Below are positions 1 through 10,241 of a stretch of 64,000 nucleotides of DNA, in pieces. The stretch's first letter is position 1. The number at the start of each line of letters is the position of its first letter. The DNA is from Alphaproteobacteria bacterium (GTDB lineage: Bacteria > Pseudomonadota > Alphaproteobacteria > JAAXGF01): contig CAUVXB020000001.1 in assembly GCA_963555825.3 (NCBI GenBank), positions 1,856,001 to 1,920,000 of the forward strand, given 5' to 3'. Under the pieces are notes generated by a model. It ran no database searches. It saw only the letters and a program-made list of their open reading frames with translations, and had not been told where the DNA came from. Both the position numbers and the translations under genes were made by a program.

Positions 1-1617
1 CGGGCCGCGGTCAACGATCGCGGCCACCTGCTGCTCGAGCGCGTCGTGCCGCTCGAGCGCGCCGCGGCGATCGGCACGGCGGTCGATCCGGTGATGCTCG
101 AAATCTTCAACAATCTCTTCATGTCGATCGCCGAGCAGATGGGCGTGACGCTCGAGAACACCAGCTACTCGGTCAACATGAAGGAGCGGCTCGACTTCTC
201 CTGCGCGGTGTTCGATCAGGGCGGCGGGCTGATCGCCAACGCGCCCCACATGCCGGTCCATTTGGGCTCGATGGGCGAGAGCGTGCAGGCGGTCATCGCC
301 CAGCGCCGCGCGACCATGAAGCCGGGCGACGTGTTCGCGCTCAATGCGCCCTACAACGGCGGCACGCATCTGCCCGACATCACCGTGGTGACGCCGGTGT
401 TCGACGATGCCGGCGAGACCGTTTGGTTCTACGTCGGCTCACGCGGCCACCACGCCGACATCGGCGGCAGCACGCCGGGCTCGATGCCGCCCGATTCGAC
501 GACGGTCGAGGAGGAAGGCGTGCTGATCGACGACTTCCAGCTGGTCGAGGCGGGCCGCTTCCTCGAGGCGGAACTGCGCGCGCTGCTGAATTCGGGCCGC
601 TGGCCGGCGCGCAACCCGGACCAGAACGTCGCCGACCTCAAGGCGCAGATCGCCTCATGCGCCAAGGGCGTCGCCGAGCTGCGCAAGATGGTCGACCACT
701 TCTCGCTGGCGACCGTCCAGGCCTACATGCAGCACGTCCAGGACAACGCCGAGGAATCGGTACGCCGCGTACTCGACGTCTTGAAGGACGGCGAATTCGC
801 CTATCCGCTCGACGAGGGCGGCGTGATCCGCGTCGCGATCACCATCGACAAGGCGGCGCGGCGCGCGGCGGTCGACTTCAGCGGCACCTCGGAACAGCGC
901 AGCAGCAACTTCAACGCGCCCTCTGCGGTGTGCCGGGCGGCGGTGCTCTACGTCTTCCGCACCCTCGTCGACGACGAAATCCCGATGAACGAGGGCTGCC
1001 TGAAACCGATCGACATCGTCATCCCGGAAGGCTCGATGCTGCGCCCGCAATACCCGGCCGCGGTGGTCGCCGGCAACGTCGAGACCTCGCAGTGCATCGT
1101 CGATGCGCTGTATGGCGCGCTCGGCGTCATCGCCGCGTCGCAGGGCACGATGAACAACTTCACCTTCGGCAACGACCGCTGGCAATACTACGAGACGGTC
1201 TGCGGCGGCGCCGGCGCCGGACCCGACTTCGACGGCACCGACGCGGTGCACACGCATATGACGAACTCGCGCATCACCGACCCCGAAGTGCTCGAATGGC
1301 GCTTCCCGGTGCTGCTCGAGCGGTTCTCGATCCGGCATGGCTCGGGCGGCGCGGGCCGCCGGCACGGCGGCGACGGCACGGTCCGGCGCATCCGCTTCCG
1401 CCAGCCGATGACCGCGGCGATCCTGTCGTGCCACCGCACGGTCGCGCCCTTCGGCGTCGCCGGTGGCGCCAACGCCCAGACGGGTCACTGTTACGTCGAA
1501 CGCGCCGACGGTGGCCGCGACGAACTCCGCGCCTGCGACCAGACCGAGATGACGGCCGGCGACGTCTTCGTCATCGAGACACCGGGCGGCGGCGGCTTCG
1601 GCGCGCCGGATGGTTAG
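1..1617 (+). CDS. 5-oxoprolinase / hydantoinase B-domain protein, 5' part outside the window
   Basis: Frame is open from base 1. Motifs [60 protein letters not shown]. Confidence 0.92.
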   Translation, partial: RAAVNDRGHLLLERVVPLERAAAIGTAVDPVMLEIFNNLFMSIAEQMGVTLENTSYSVNMKERLDFSCAVFDQGGGLIANAPHMPVHLGSMGESVQAVIAQRRATMKPGDVFALNAPYNGGTHLPDITVVTPVFDDAGETVWFYVGSRGHHADIGGSTPGSMPPDSTTVEEEGVLIDDFQLVEAGRFLEAELRALLNSGRWPARNPDQNVADLKAQIASCAKGVAELRKMVDHFSLATVQAYMQHVQDNAEESVRRVLDVLKDGEFAYPLDEGGVIRVAITIDKAARRAAVDFSGTSEQRSSNFNAPSAVCRAAVLYVFRTLVDDEIPMNEGCLKPIDIVIPEGSMLRPQYPAAVVAGNVETSQCIVDALYGALGVIAASQGTMNNFTFGNDRWQYYETVCGGAGAGPDFDGTDAVHTHMTNSRITDPEVLEWRFPVLLERFSIRHGSGGAGRRHGGDGTVRRIRFRQPMTAAILSCHRTVAPFGVAGGANAQTGHCYVERADGGRDELRACDQTEMTAGDVFVIETPGGGGFGAPDG

Positions 1618-1754
1618 GCCATGATACGGTCTATTGAGAGCGGCCGGACCGCCCCAGCGCGCGACCGCGCGCCGCCGACCGTTCGGCGGAAGCACGCGCG
1701 GCGATTGAGCGCAGGCCAACTTCACGAAGTGAAGATGGCCGCACAGGTAAACCA

Positions 1755-3050
1755 ATGCTGAACGTTCTGTGGTCGGTTAGCGCGCTGCTCACCGGCGTCG
1801 CCTTTCTGGGCATCGCCAACGGGTTGATGTTCACGCTGTTGGGCGTGCGCATGTCGATCGACGGCGTCTCGTCGCAGATGATCGGCATCGTCGGCTCGGC
1901 CTATTTCCTCGGCCTGTTGAGCGGCACCGTGTTCTGCGGCCGGGTCATCCGCCGCGTCGGGCACATTCGGGCCTTTACCGCCTTCGCCGCGATCGCGGCC
2001 ATCGCGTGCTTGTTGCACATCCTGATCGCGCCGGTCTGGGCCTGGGCGCTGTTCCGCGTCGCCATGGGCTTCTGCAGCGCCGGGCTCTTCATGATCGCCG
2101 AATCCTGGCTGCAGTACGTCGCCACCAGCGATATCCGCGGCCGTATCTATGCCTGTTACGCGATCGCCAGTTCGGCCGGCGCCGGCGTCGGGCCGCTGCT
2201 GATCAACCTGGGCGATCCGGCGAGCTACGAGATCTTCGCGATCGGCGCCATGCTGTTCTCGATCTGCCTGCTGCCGGTGGCGCTGACCCATGTCGGCGAC
2301 CCCGAGCACGAGGAGGATAGCCGCTTCGGCATCCGCGAGCTGTTCGCGATCTCGCCCGTCGCCGTGACCGGCGCCGTCTGCGCCGGGATGGTCAGCGGCG
2401 CCATCGCGACCATGAGCGCGGTGTTCGCCGAGCGCATCGGGCTGTCGGCGGTCTACATCTCGCTGTTCGTCTCGGCGATGCGTCTCGGCGGCTTCTCGAT
2501 GCAGTATCCGATCGGCGCGCTGTCGGATCGATTCGACCGGCGCCGCGTGCTGATCTTCCTGTGTCTCGGCGCGGCCGTCGCCTCGCTGCTCTACCTCGCG
2601 CCGGTCGCCGGGTTGCCGCTGGTCATCCTCGCGCTCGCGGTCGTCTTCGGCGCACTCAACCAGCCGATCCAAGCGCTGATCGTCTCGCACGCTTACGACT
2701 ACGTGGAGCGCAAGGATTTCGTCGCGACCAGCGCCGGGTTGCTGTTTGCCTACGGCCTCGGCGCCATCATCGGGCCGATCGCGGCGGCGCCGATGATGGA
2801 CCTGATGGGGCCGTCCGGCCTGTTCGTCTTCGCCGCCGCGGTGCTGCTCGTCTATGGCGGCTTCGTCGCATACCGCATGCGCCAGCGCGGCGCGGTGCCA
2901 CACGACGTCAAGACCGATTTCGTCGTCATCCCGAAGGAGATCCCGGCCGCCACCAAGCTGGATCCGCGCGCCCAGCGGGAACCCGACGAGCAAATGTCGG
3001 CCGAGGCGCGCGAGATGCAGCGCGAGCTCGACGAGGTCCGGTGGAGTTGA
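1755..3050 (+). CDS. MFS transporter (YcaD-like)
   Basis: About 12 hydrophobic segments; motifs RVGHIRAF, ESWL, PIGALSDRFDRR. Confidence 0.88.
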   Translation: MLNVLWSVSALLTGVAFLGIANGLMFTLLGVRMSIDGVSSQMIGIVGSAYFLGLLSGTVFCGRVIRRVGHIRAFTAFAAIAAIACLLHILIAPVWAWALFRVAMGFCSAGLFMIAESWLQYVATSDIRGRIYACYAIASSAGAGVGPLLINLGDPASYEIFAIGAMLFSICLLPVALTHVGDPEHEEDSRFGIRELFAISPVAVTGAVCAGMVSGAIATMSAVFAERIGLSAVYISLFVSAMRLGGFSMQYPIGALSDRFDRRRVLIFLCLGAAVASLLYLAPVAGLPLVILALAVVFGALNQPIQALIVSHAYDYVERKDFVATSAGLLFAYGLGAIIGPIAAAPMMDLMGPSGLFVFAAAVLLVYGGFVAYRMRQRGAVPHDVKTDFVVIPKEIPAATKLDPRAQREPDEQMSAEAREMQRELDEVRWS

Positions 3051-3058
3051 TCCACGGT

Positions 3059-3994
3059 ATGAGCGCGTTCTTGCGCTGGCTCGCGCGGCACGCCGCCGTG
3101 CTGCTCGCGGTCGGCGTCTTCGCCGGCCTCGCGCTGCCGCCGCTCGCCGCGCTCTTGCGGCCGCTCCTGGTGCCGGCGATCTCGCTCACCCTGGTCGTCA
3201 CCATCGCGCGCCTCGACTGGCGGGCGATGGCCGGCCACGGCCGCCGCATTGGCCTGACCGCGCTAGTCGTCGGCTGGCTGCTGCTGGTCTCGCCGGTGGT
3301 CGTCTGGTTCGTCGCCGACGCGCTCGGCGCGCCGGCCGCGCTGGTCACCGCGCTGACCCTGATGGCGGCGGCGCCGGCGATCATGTCGGCGCCCGCATTC
3401 GCGCTGATCCTCGGGCTCGACGCGCCGCTCGCCGTCGTCGTCGTCACCGTGGCGACGCTCGCGACGCCGTTCACGCTGCCGCCTGTCGCGCTCGCCCTCT
3501 TGGACCTCGACATCGACATCGGCGTCGCCGAGCTGATGCTGCGGCTCGCGGCGATCATCGGCGGCACTTTCGCTGCCGCTTACCTGTTCAAGCGGCTCGC
3601 GCCCGACGGCTGGATCGCCGCGCGCACGGCCGAGCTCGACGGCGTCGCGGTCGTCGCGCTGCTGGTCTTCGCGGTCGGCATCATGGACGGCGTCACGGCG
3701 CGATTGGTCGAGCGGCCCGGTTTCGTCATGCTGTGCATCGCCGCCGCCTTCGCCGCCAACCTGGCGCTTCAAGCCGCCGGCGCGCTGATCTTCGGGCCGA
3801 CGGGCATATCACGCGCGCTGACGCTCGGCCTGGCCAGCGGAAACCGCAACATGGGCCTGGTGCTCGCCGTGCTCGCCGACAAGGCCGACTTCGACGTCGT
3901 CGTCTTCTTCGCCGTCGGCCAGCTGCCGATGTACATCCTGCCGGCGCTGCTGCGGCCGCTCTACCGGCGCATGCTCGGCGCTCGGAACGCGTAG
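3059..3994 (+). CDS. Bile acid:sodium symporter (BASS)-like membrane transporter
   Basis: ATG at 3059 (MSAFLRW); about 10 TM segments; AAAPAIMSAPAFA and GNRNMGL motifs. Confidence 0.75.
   Translation: MSAFLRWLARHAAVLLAVGVFAGLALPPLAALLRPLLVPAISLTLVVTIARLDWRAMAGHGRRIGLTALVVGWLLLVSPVVVWFVADALGAPAALVTALTLMAAAPAIMSAPAFALILGLDAPLAVVVVTVATLATPFTLPPVALALLDLDIDIGVAELMLRLAAIIGGTFAAAYLFKRLAPDGWIAARTAELDGVAVVALLVFAVGIMDGVTARLVERPGFVMLCIAAAFAANLALQAAGALIFGPTGISRALTLGLASGNRNMGLVLAVLADKADFDVVVFFAVGQLPMYILPALLRPLYRRMLGARNA
3726..3969 (+). repeat. Direct repeat copy 1 (3' part of the symporter gene)
   Basis: Near-identical to 9643-9877, which lacks 9 bp (gtgctcgcc) and has a few silent changes. Confidence 0.95.
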
Positions 3995-4026
3995 CCACAA
4001 ACATCAGGCCATCAATCGCACCACCG

Positions 4027-4101
4027 ATGTCGGCAATCAGCCGCAAAGCGGAACGCCGGTGGCACATTCCCCTACGTCCGTTTGCGACCAGGACCGCGGC
4101 A
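4027..4101. repeat. Paired imperfect palindrome (29-18-28 bp)
   Basis: atgtc-N19-gaacg, 18-bp spacer, acgtc-N18-cggca; same geometry as 49313-49387 and 63887-63961. Confidence 0.55.
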
Positions 4102-4200
4102 AAACCCCGGCAACCACAACTATTTGAGGAGTCCCCGGTCAATTTTCCAAAATTGCCCTCTGGTCAGATGCTGAACTGGTTGAACTTGGAAATTCGAAAA

Positions 4201-4238
4201 GGGCTGTCCTAGATAAACCACGTGATCTAGGACAGCCC
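4201..4238. terminator. 14-bp stem-loop, probable (bidirectional) intrinsic terminator
   Basis: gggctgtcctagat-N10-atctaggacagccc, with AAAA before and TTTTT shortly after; lies downstream of the minus-strand gene ending at 4344. Confidence 0.6.
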
Positions 4239-4672
4239 CACTTTTTAACGCCGGTCAGCTTTCGAGTATAGCTTGGACCCTTGTCTACGCTGCGTTTGCT
4301 CGGGGTATCGTCGGTTTATCCGCAATCTCGAGCCCGGCGCGCGTTACATCCTTCGACAAAGAAGAATCGTAATGAATTCAGGGCGGCTATCTACTGTTTC
4401 CGAGGTTCCGGTAATCGTCCCGCCACCGGCAATATCTGTCCTGGCATTGAACTGGGTTCCACCAGCATTGTCATCGACCGGAGGGAAACTGCCATTCCAA
4501 GGCTCGAGATTGTGGCGATGCGCAGAACCCGTGAATGACCCGGCGCCATGGTTGTGTGTGTTCGCGCCGCCCGTGACTCCCACAGTAGCCGCAGCCATCA
4601 AGAATTTTCCATCGAAGGCAGCAACATGAGCGAAACCCGCAGGACAGAAGTTACTGTTACCCCACAGGATGA

Positions 4673-6122
4673 GGGGATGTCCCGGTCGATGTTGAAAAGT
4701 TGAGGTAGGTGTCGCTCTCCTGGAGCCGTTAGGCTCCGGGTGCTGCAAACCCAAAAGGGAGAACGACACCATGGGAAAGAATATCCGTAGTTCCAGCCGC
4801 CCGAAAGCCCTTGCCCCCTCGATTCCTATGCCGCCGCTGGCGGACGCGATGGACGCAGTCCATCTCAGCGTGGATCGGTTTTGTCTTCTGGCCGGGGTCG
4901 AGGCCTTGGCCGAGATGATGGAGGAGGACGCCACGACCGTGTGCGGGGCCCGACATCGCCGCCATGGGGACCGTCGAGGTTATCGCTGGGGCAGGACACA
5001 TAGCGAGATCGGCTACCACGGCGGCAAAGTGAAGGTGGCCCGGCCACGGGTTCGTGACCGGGCGGGCAAAGAGGTGAGCTTGGAGAGTTGGCAGGCGCTA
5101 CGCGATGGCAACCTGCTGCTCGAGTGGGCGCTCAACCTGATGGTGCTGAACGTGTCGACCCGCAAGTACCACCGCGCGGTCCGTCTGCCCGAGGGCGACC
5201 TGGCGAAAGCGCGTGGCGACGGCACCTCGAAGTCGGCCGTTTCCCGGCGCTTTGTGGCGCTGTCACGCAAGAAGATGAAGGCCTGGCTCGCCTCGGATCT
5301 CTCGGAACTCGACCTGCTAGTCATCCAGATCGACGGTCTGCATGTCGGCGACCATGTCCTGATGGCGGCGATCGGCGTCGATGGCAACGGCGACAAGCAT
5401 GTCCTGGCCGTGGTCGAGGGGGCGACGGAGAACACGGTCGTCGTCCAGGCCTTGATCGACAATCTCCTCGCCAGGGGGCTCGATCCGACACTGCCGCGGC
5501 TGTTCATCGTCGATGGCGCGAAGGCACTCAGCAAAGCGATCCGAAACACCTTCGGTGTGGCCGCCGCCATCCAGCGCTGCCAGGTCCACAAGGGCCGTAA
5601 CATCATCGAGCGCCTGCCCCAACATTTGCACGCGAGCGTCAAGAAGGCGCTCCGTCAGGCCTGGGACCAGGACGACGCAAACAAGGCCGAGCGGCTCTTG
5701 CGCAACCTGGTCCGGCGTCTGGAGCATGAGGAACCGGGCGTCTCGGGCAGCATCCTGGAGGGGCTGGACGAGATCCTCACCGTCATCCGCCTCGGCCTGC
5801 CGCACGAACTCCGGCGCTCGCTCGCCTGCACCAACATCGTCGAGAACGCGCTCGGCACGGTGCGCCAGGTCACCCGCAACGTCAAACGCTGGAGACACGC
5901 CGAGATGGCGCTCAGATGGACCGCCGCCGGCCTGCTGGAGGCCCAGAAAACCTTCCGTCGCCTCAAGGCCTATCGCCAGCTGCCCATCCTCCGAAATGCT
6001 CTCCAGGAACACTTGAGAAAGGCTCAGGCCGACAGTGCCATTGAAACCATCATGAAGGCAGCATAGCATCATCAACCAGCGACGCCTGCCCCACGAATTT
6101 CAACAGAGATAGGGACATCGCC
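4673..6122 (+). mobile_element. IS256-family element, copy 1 (1450 bp)
   Basis: Ends ggggatgtccc / gggacatcgcc; target duplication aggatga at 4666-4672 and 6123-6129. Confidence 0.95.
4771..6066 (+). CDS. IS256-family transposase
   Basis: VSTRKY, IQIDG, IVDGAKAL, QRCQVHK, TNIVE motifs. Confidence 0.95.
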   Translation: MGKNIRSSSRPKALAPSIPMPPLADAMDAVHLSVDRFCLLAGVEALAEMMEEDATTVCGARHRRHGDRRGYRWGRTHSEIGYHGGKVKVARPRVRDRAGKEVSLESWQALRDGNLLLEWALNLMVLNVSTRKYHRAVRLPEGDLAKARGDGTSKSAVSRRFVALSRKKMKAWLASDLSELDLLVIQIDGLHVGDHVLMAAIGVDGNGDKHVLAVVEGATENTVVVQALIDNLLARGLDPTLPRLFIVDGAKALSKAIRNTFGVAAAIQRCQVHKGRNIIERLPQHLHASVKKALRQAWDQDDANKAERLLRNLVRRLEHEEPGVSGSILEGLDEILTVIRLGLPHELRRSLACTNIVENALGTVRQVTRNVKRWRHAEMALRWTAAGLLEAQKTFRRLKAYRQLPILRNALQEHLRKAQADSAIETIMKAA

Positions 6123-7861
6123 AGGATGATCGCATTTGTAGGTAAGGCCGGTACCGGTTGTAAACCGATCGTCAGGCTATAGACGTCCTGCCGGTTTTGT
6201 CCGCTGCCTGTTCTGACGCTTAGCAGATAATTGCCGGCCACAAGGCCGAACGGCAAATCCACGACTATCTGGTTTGGCGCTGCAGCTACTATGTCGAGCG
6301 GTGCGGCAAATTCACCAAGGGTCACTGCAAGTCCCGGACCATTGTCGAAATCTTGCCCATTAATCGTTAATTGATCCGGCAGCGGAACATCCACGAACAC
6401 TTCTGTGATGACTACTCGGCCCTCCGCTGTCGATACCGGGCCAAACATAAGCATGACGAGACCAATGATCCCCGCTAGGCTCCGCATTGTCAGCCGACGC
6501 AGCCCTGACTCCGTACGTCGTACATTAAAGATTTTCATCGGTCGACCTCCCATTAAATCGAATTACGGCATCGTAATCATATTTTCTGTGAATTCTAAAC
6601 GACCCCGATGCAAGGATTCCTTTCATGCCTGCAGCGAATCGTGCGTGCAGCCAAAAATGCTGGTTTTTTTGATCATTAAAACAAACGACTAGAATTTATA
6701 TAGGAGTTCAATTTCACAAGAGCTTTCACCACTGAAAAAACCAAACAGCCGGAGGGCAATCGATGTCACTAGCAGCGGATACGTTGAGACAGGTCCACAT
6801 TCGCATCATGACCGAAATCATGATCGAGATCGGGAAGCATAAGAAACTTCAACCGAAGGTTAAAAGCCAATTCAACGCATGGAGACTGAACTCAATCTCC
6901 CCAGCAAGAACGATCCAGCGTGGTACCGGATTTTCCATGGAAACATGCCATCGGACCATATCTTCAACGCGGTGGTTTTCGATTACTTGTGAGGGGAGTT
7001 CAAGGAAGACAGGGAAAATTGGGGCATTTCCATTCAGTCCGAGGGGAACATTGCCGCACATATAAGAAAACTAAAGTTTGAAATGCGAAGGCAAATTACT
7101 TCATCTTCCAATCCATTCTGGGCTATACTTACCGAAGCTGAAGATTTCGAGTATGAGCCGGAGGTTCCACGTCAATTAATTCAAGAATATATTGGATATC
7201 GACGAGAAAGCGAACAGGAAGATTTGATAAGATTTTACCTTCGCATATTTTATGACAAGAAGTCAAAAAGCACGAAAAATAGAGTATATTTCTTGAATAG
7301 ATAATCAAGAATCGAACAAAATCGGGTCGTAAAAGGTGGCGGCATTTTGCTAAAGAAACATTATATTTGTTCGGCCACGCGAGAATTCGCAAAAAAAAGG
7401 AATCTCGGGTATAGGGTGCTGGCGCTAAAGGTGTTGAACGAAAATGGCGTTCTTAGCGGTGTCGTTATATCGATGGATCCGGAGGGCCCTATTTCGGCGA
7501 AAGTCGTATTGATTCCTATCACGCAGCATGTACTTACCACTGTACAGAAAGAAATACCGGGTGAGAGTCCTCTGAAAAACGACGTATTCATAGACTACAT
7601 GATCAGTGAGGCGCACCTGAGAGATAAAAAACGCTATTTGGAAGAGATCGTCGCAAACACCGGAAATTGCTTTAATTCAGATACAGATGGGGTATTTGTT
7701 CACACCTCAAATTGGCGCGGAACAACAACCCTACTCAAGGGTGCCGCGCCGAGCAACCTCGACTTGGTCTTGAGAGAGTTGGAGCTACGAAAAATTGGAG
7801 GAAGTAAGGGGTACGACATTGATGAAAGAATTTGCCTCGCTTTAGAGGATTTCTTCATTAA

Positions 7862-9320
7862 CAGCCCGTTGATTAAGTGGCTTTTTCCGGCTCTCACTCC
7901 CAGATGAGGAATGCGGCGGCGAAAACCGTCTGGCCGCTTTGCGAGACCCCCAGTGCGCCCAGCATGGCCCCGGTGGGCGTGAGCAGCACGAAAATACCGC
8001 CATATCCGCCCGCCACGGCCTCGCGCGGGGTGCCGGCGCCGATGAGTTGGCGCATCAGCAACGATAGGTTGTGGCCGGCGACGTGGAGCAGGTATCGCTT
8101 GTGCACGTTCTCGCGGCCCCGAAGCCAGGTCCGGCGCATGCCGCCGCGATCGAGGTTGTGGGCGAAGGAGCGCTCGACGATCTCGGCGCGCAGCTTGAAG
8201 GCTTGCTTGGCCACCCCCGATAACAGCCGGGTCCGGTTGTTGGTGACCGCGCGCCGCGCCGCCTCGTCGCCGCGCCAGCGCGCGAAGCCCTTCTGCTTGG
8301 GCTCGGCGATCCGGGTCTTCCACGGGCCGTTGTCCAAGGCCTTCAAGACCGCCCGTGAGTGATAGCCTTTGTCGGTCACACATTCGGCCGGGTCCTCTGC
8401 CGTCGGCGCCGCGTCAACGCTCGCAAGGTTCTCCTTGGCCGTCTCCAACGTTTTGGGAAGCGTCGTCGTGTCGCCCTCGTCGGCCGGGTGCAGCTCGGCG
8501 GCCACCACCGCGCCGGTGTCCAGATCCACCGCGTGCTCGGGCTTGTAGGCCAGATGCGTCGTGCCGTCCTTCATCTTGGCGATCTTGGCCTCGGGGTCGC
8601 TCTTCGAAACCCAGTCCTCGTTGGAAAGCTTCTTGCCCTTGCGCTTGCGGTCCAGACGCGCCAGGTCCTCGGCCGTGGGCGTCTCGATGCCGCTCTCCCG
8701 GGCCAGGTGCTCCAGCATCTCGGTAGCCTTCACCCGTGTCGCGCCGCACGATGTTGCGCAGCGCCGCGTTGGCCTCCATGGTCGAGGCATCCACCCCGAT
8801 GCGCTCGCCCTTCACCAGACCCGCCTCGCCGATCAAGGCCAGAACCCAGTCGAAGACCGCCGCGTGGACTTCATGGGGCAGGCGCGCGCGGGTCTTCGAC
8901 AGCCAGGAATGGTCCGGCACCCGCTCACGGCTCCCCAGTCGCAGGAACTCCCGCAGCGACAGGGAATCCGAGCAACGCCACTCCAGACCGCGCTCTGAGT
9001 CGATGCCCTCGAAGTAGCCCACCAGGTGCATGCGGAAATAGCGCCCGGGCGGCACCGAGGGCGCGCCCATCCTGGCCGCGTAATAGGGCCGGCAGCTCGC
9101 CTCGGCAAAGGCGTCGAAGCCGCCCTCGATCAGCACCGACTGCAGGCGGTCGTAAAACACATGACCCGGCGAGCGCGGCATCTCCGCCCAGCCCACCATC
9201 AAGTCCCCCTGACGATCCTTCTGCTGTCCCATCGCCATCGGCGAATCCTCCGGTCAAATCAGAACATCAAAGAATCAGACCAGGCCGCTTGCGTCCAGTG
9301 CCGACTTCGTCAACGGGCTG
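7862..9320 (-). mobile_element. IS1182-family element
   Basis: IRs cagcccgttga / tcaacgggctg; TTAA on both sides (7858-7861, 9321-9324). Confidence 0.9.
7894..9238 (-). pseudogene. IS1182-family transposase, frameshifted near 8722
   Basis: N-part (SERGLEWRCSDSLSLR, GVDASTMEANAA) and C-part (YKPEHAVD, TDKGY, VERSFAH) lie in different frames. Confidence 0.85.
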
Positions 9321-9618
9321 TTAAGGGTCGGCGCAGGTAATAGGGCGGTTTGAAAGGATATCCTAAGAAACTTCGGGTGGGCCGTGATGAACGTCTCGGC
9401 ATAAGAGTTTTGATGAGAACGATCTTCATCTCATTTTGAGGCGGTGAACGAAAATATGCCGGCGGATTTCACGAGGCTGCGCCAGTGCACGCTCCAATTG
9501 AGAAGTGTTGAAATCTACGGCACCGATTTCCGGCCACGTTTCGCCCCCTGGGCTCGCGTGGGCCCCAATGGCCGGATCGCGACACGACGACGTAGGTCTC
9601 GACATGTGCAACAGCTGG

Positions 9619-9646
9619 ATTTCTGCTGTGGGCTGAAGGCGTTCAT
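9619..9646. repeat. Degenerate 28-bp palindrome unit at the island right junction
   Basis: atttc-tgctgtgggctgaaggcg-ttcat; its last 4 nt are the first 4 nt of the duplicated gene segment. Confidence 0.4.
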
Positions 9647-9896
9647 GCTGTGCATCGCCGCCGCCTTCGCCGCCAACCTGGCGCTTCAAGCCGCCGGCGC
9701 GCTGATCTTCGGGCCGACGGGCATATCACGCGCGCTGACGCTCGGCCTGGCCAGCGGAAACCGCAACATGGGCCTGGTGCTCGCCGACAAGGCCGACTTC
9801 GACGTCGTCGTCTTTTTCGCCGTCGGTCAGCTGCCGATGTACATCCTGCCGGCGCTGCTGCGGCCGCTCTACCGGCGGCTGATGCGGTCGGGTTAG
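9643..9896 (+). pseudogene. Direct repeat copy 2: orphan 3' end of the symporter gene
   Basis: MLCIAAAFAANLALQ...LRPLYRRLMRSG*; no 5' part; its stop overlaps the stop of the convergent gene. Confidence 0.9.
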
Positions 9897-10180
9897 TCGC
9901 GCGCTGCCTGGCGCCGCGCCAGGATCACGTTGTAGAGCCAGGCGATCAGCAAGCCGCCGACGCCGCCGTCGACGAAGCCCCATGCCGCGCCGATCAGGCT
10001 GCCGGCGAAGCTCGGATCGAAGCCCAAATAGACCGACGACATCAAAACGACGACCTCGGTGCCCCAGTCGGCCGCCGCCGCCATGATGCCGAGGATAAAC
10101 ACGCCGAGCGCCCACATGATGCCGAACGCCAGGCCAAGGCTGACCGCATCGAGCCGCGCCGCCTGCAGTTGCTGTGTCAT
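9893..10180 (-). CDS. Small membrane protein (family often labelled 'bacteriophage holin')
   Basis: GGGA RBS; SVYLGF...GSLIGAAWGFVDG...AWLYN pattern. Confidence 0.75.
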   Translation of the reverse strand: MTQQLQAARLDAVSLGLAFGIMWALGVFILGIMAAAADWGTEVVVLMSSVYLGFDPSFAGSLIGAAWGFVDGGVGGLLIAWLYNVILARRQAARD

Positions 10181-10241
10181 GGCAGGTTCCCTCCGAGAGG
10201 TGCCCCCTACCCTATGGAAATGGGCATCGGCAGGCGCCGTT

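Larger units (their letters stand above)
4344..6538 (-). pseudogene. Secreted protein (signal peptide, IPT/TIG-like domain, tail-collar-like domain) split by IS256
   Basis: Removing the IS and one TSD copy gives in-frame ...LPTNAIILWGNSNFCPAGF..., 245 aa; GGAGG RBS precedes the ATG at 6538. Confidence 0.8.
6763..9340 (+). pseudogene. Low-GC gene of unknown function with a probable frameshift, two in-frame stops and an IS1182 insertion
   Basis: One frame runs from 6879 through TGA 6990 and TAA 7302 to 7861. After IS removal it ends DFFIKGRRR* at 9340. RBS and ATG at 6763 are in another frame. Confidence 0.7.

Noticed and set aside
6990-6992. TGA recoding (selenocysteine or alternative code)
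   Set aside because: The same frame also has a TAA stop, a probable frameshift and an IS insertion, and TGA is a normal stop elsewhere in the window.
9444-9896. 150-aa ORF as a new gene
   Set aside because: It is a chimera of island DNA read into the duplicated symporter 3' end.
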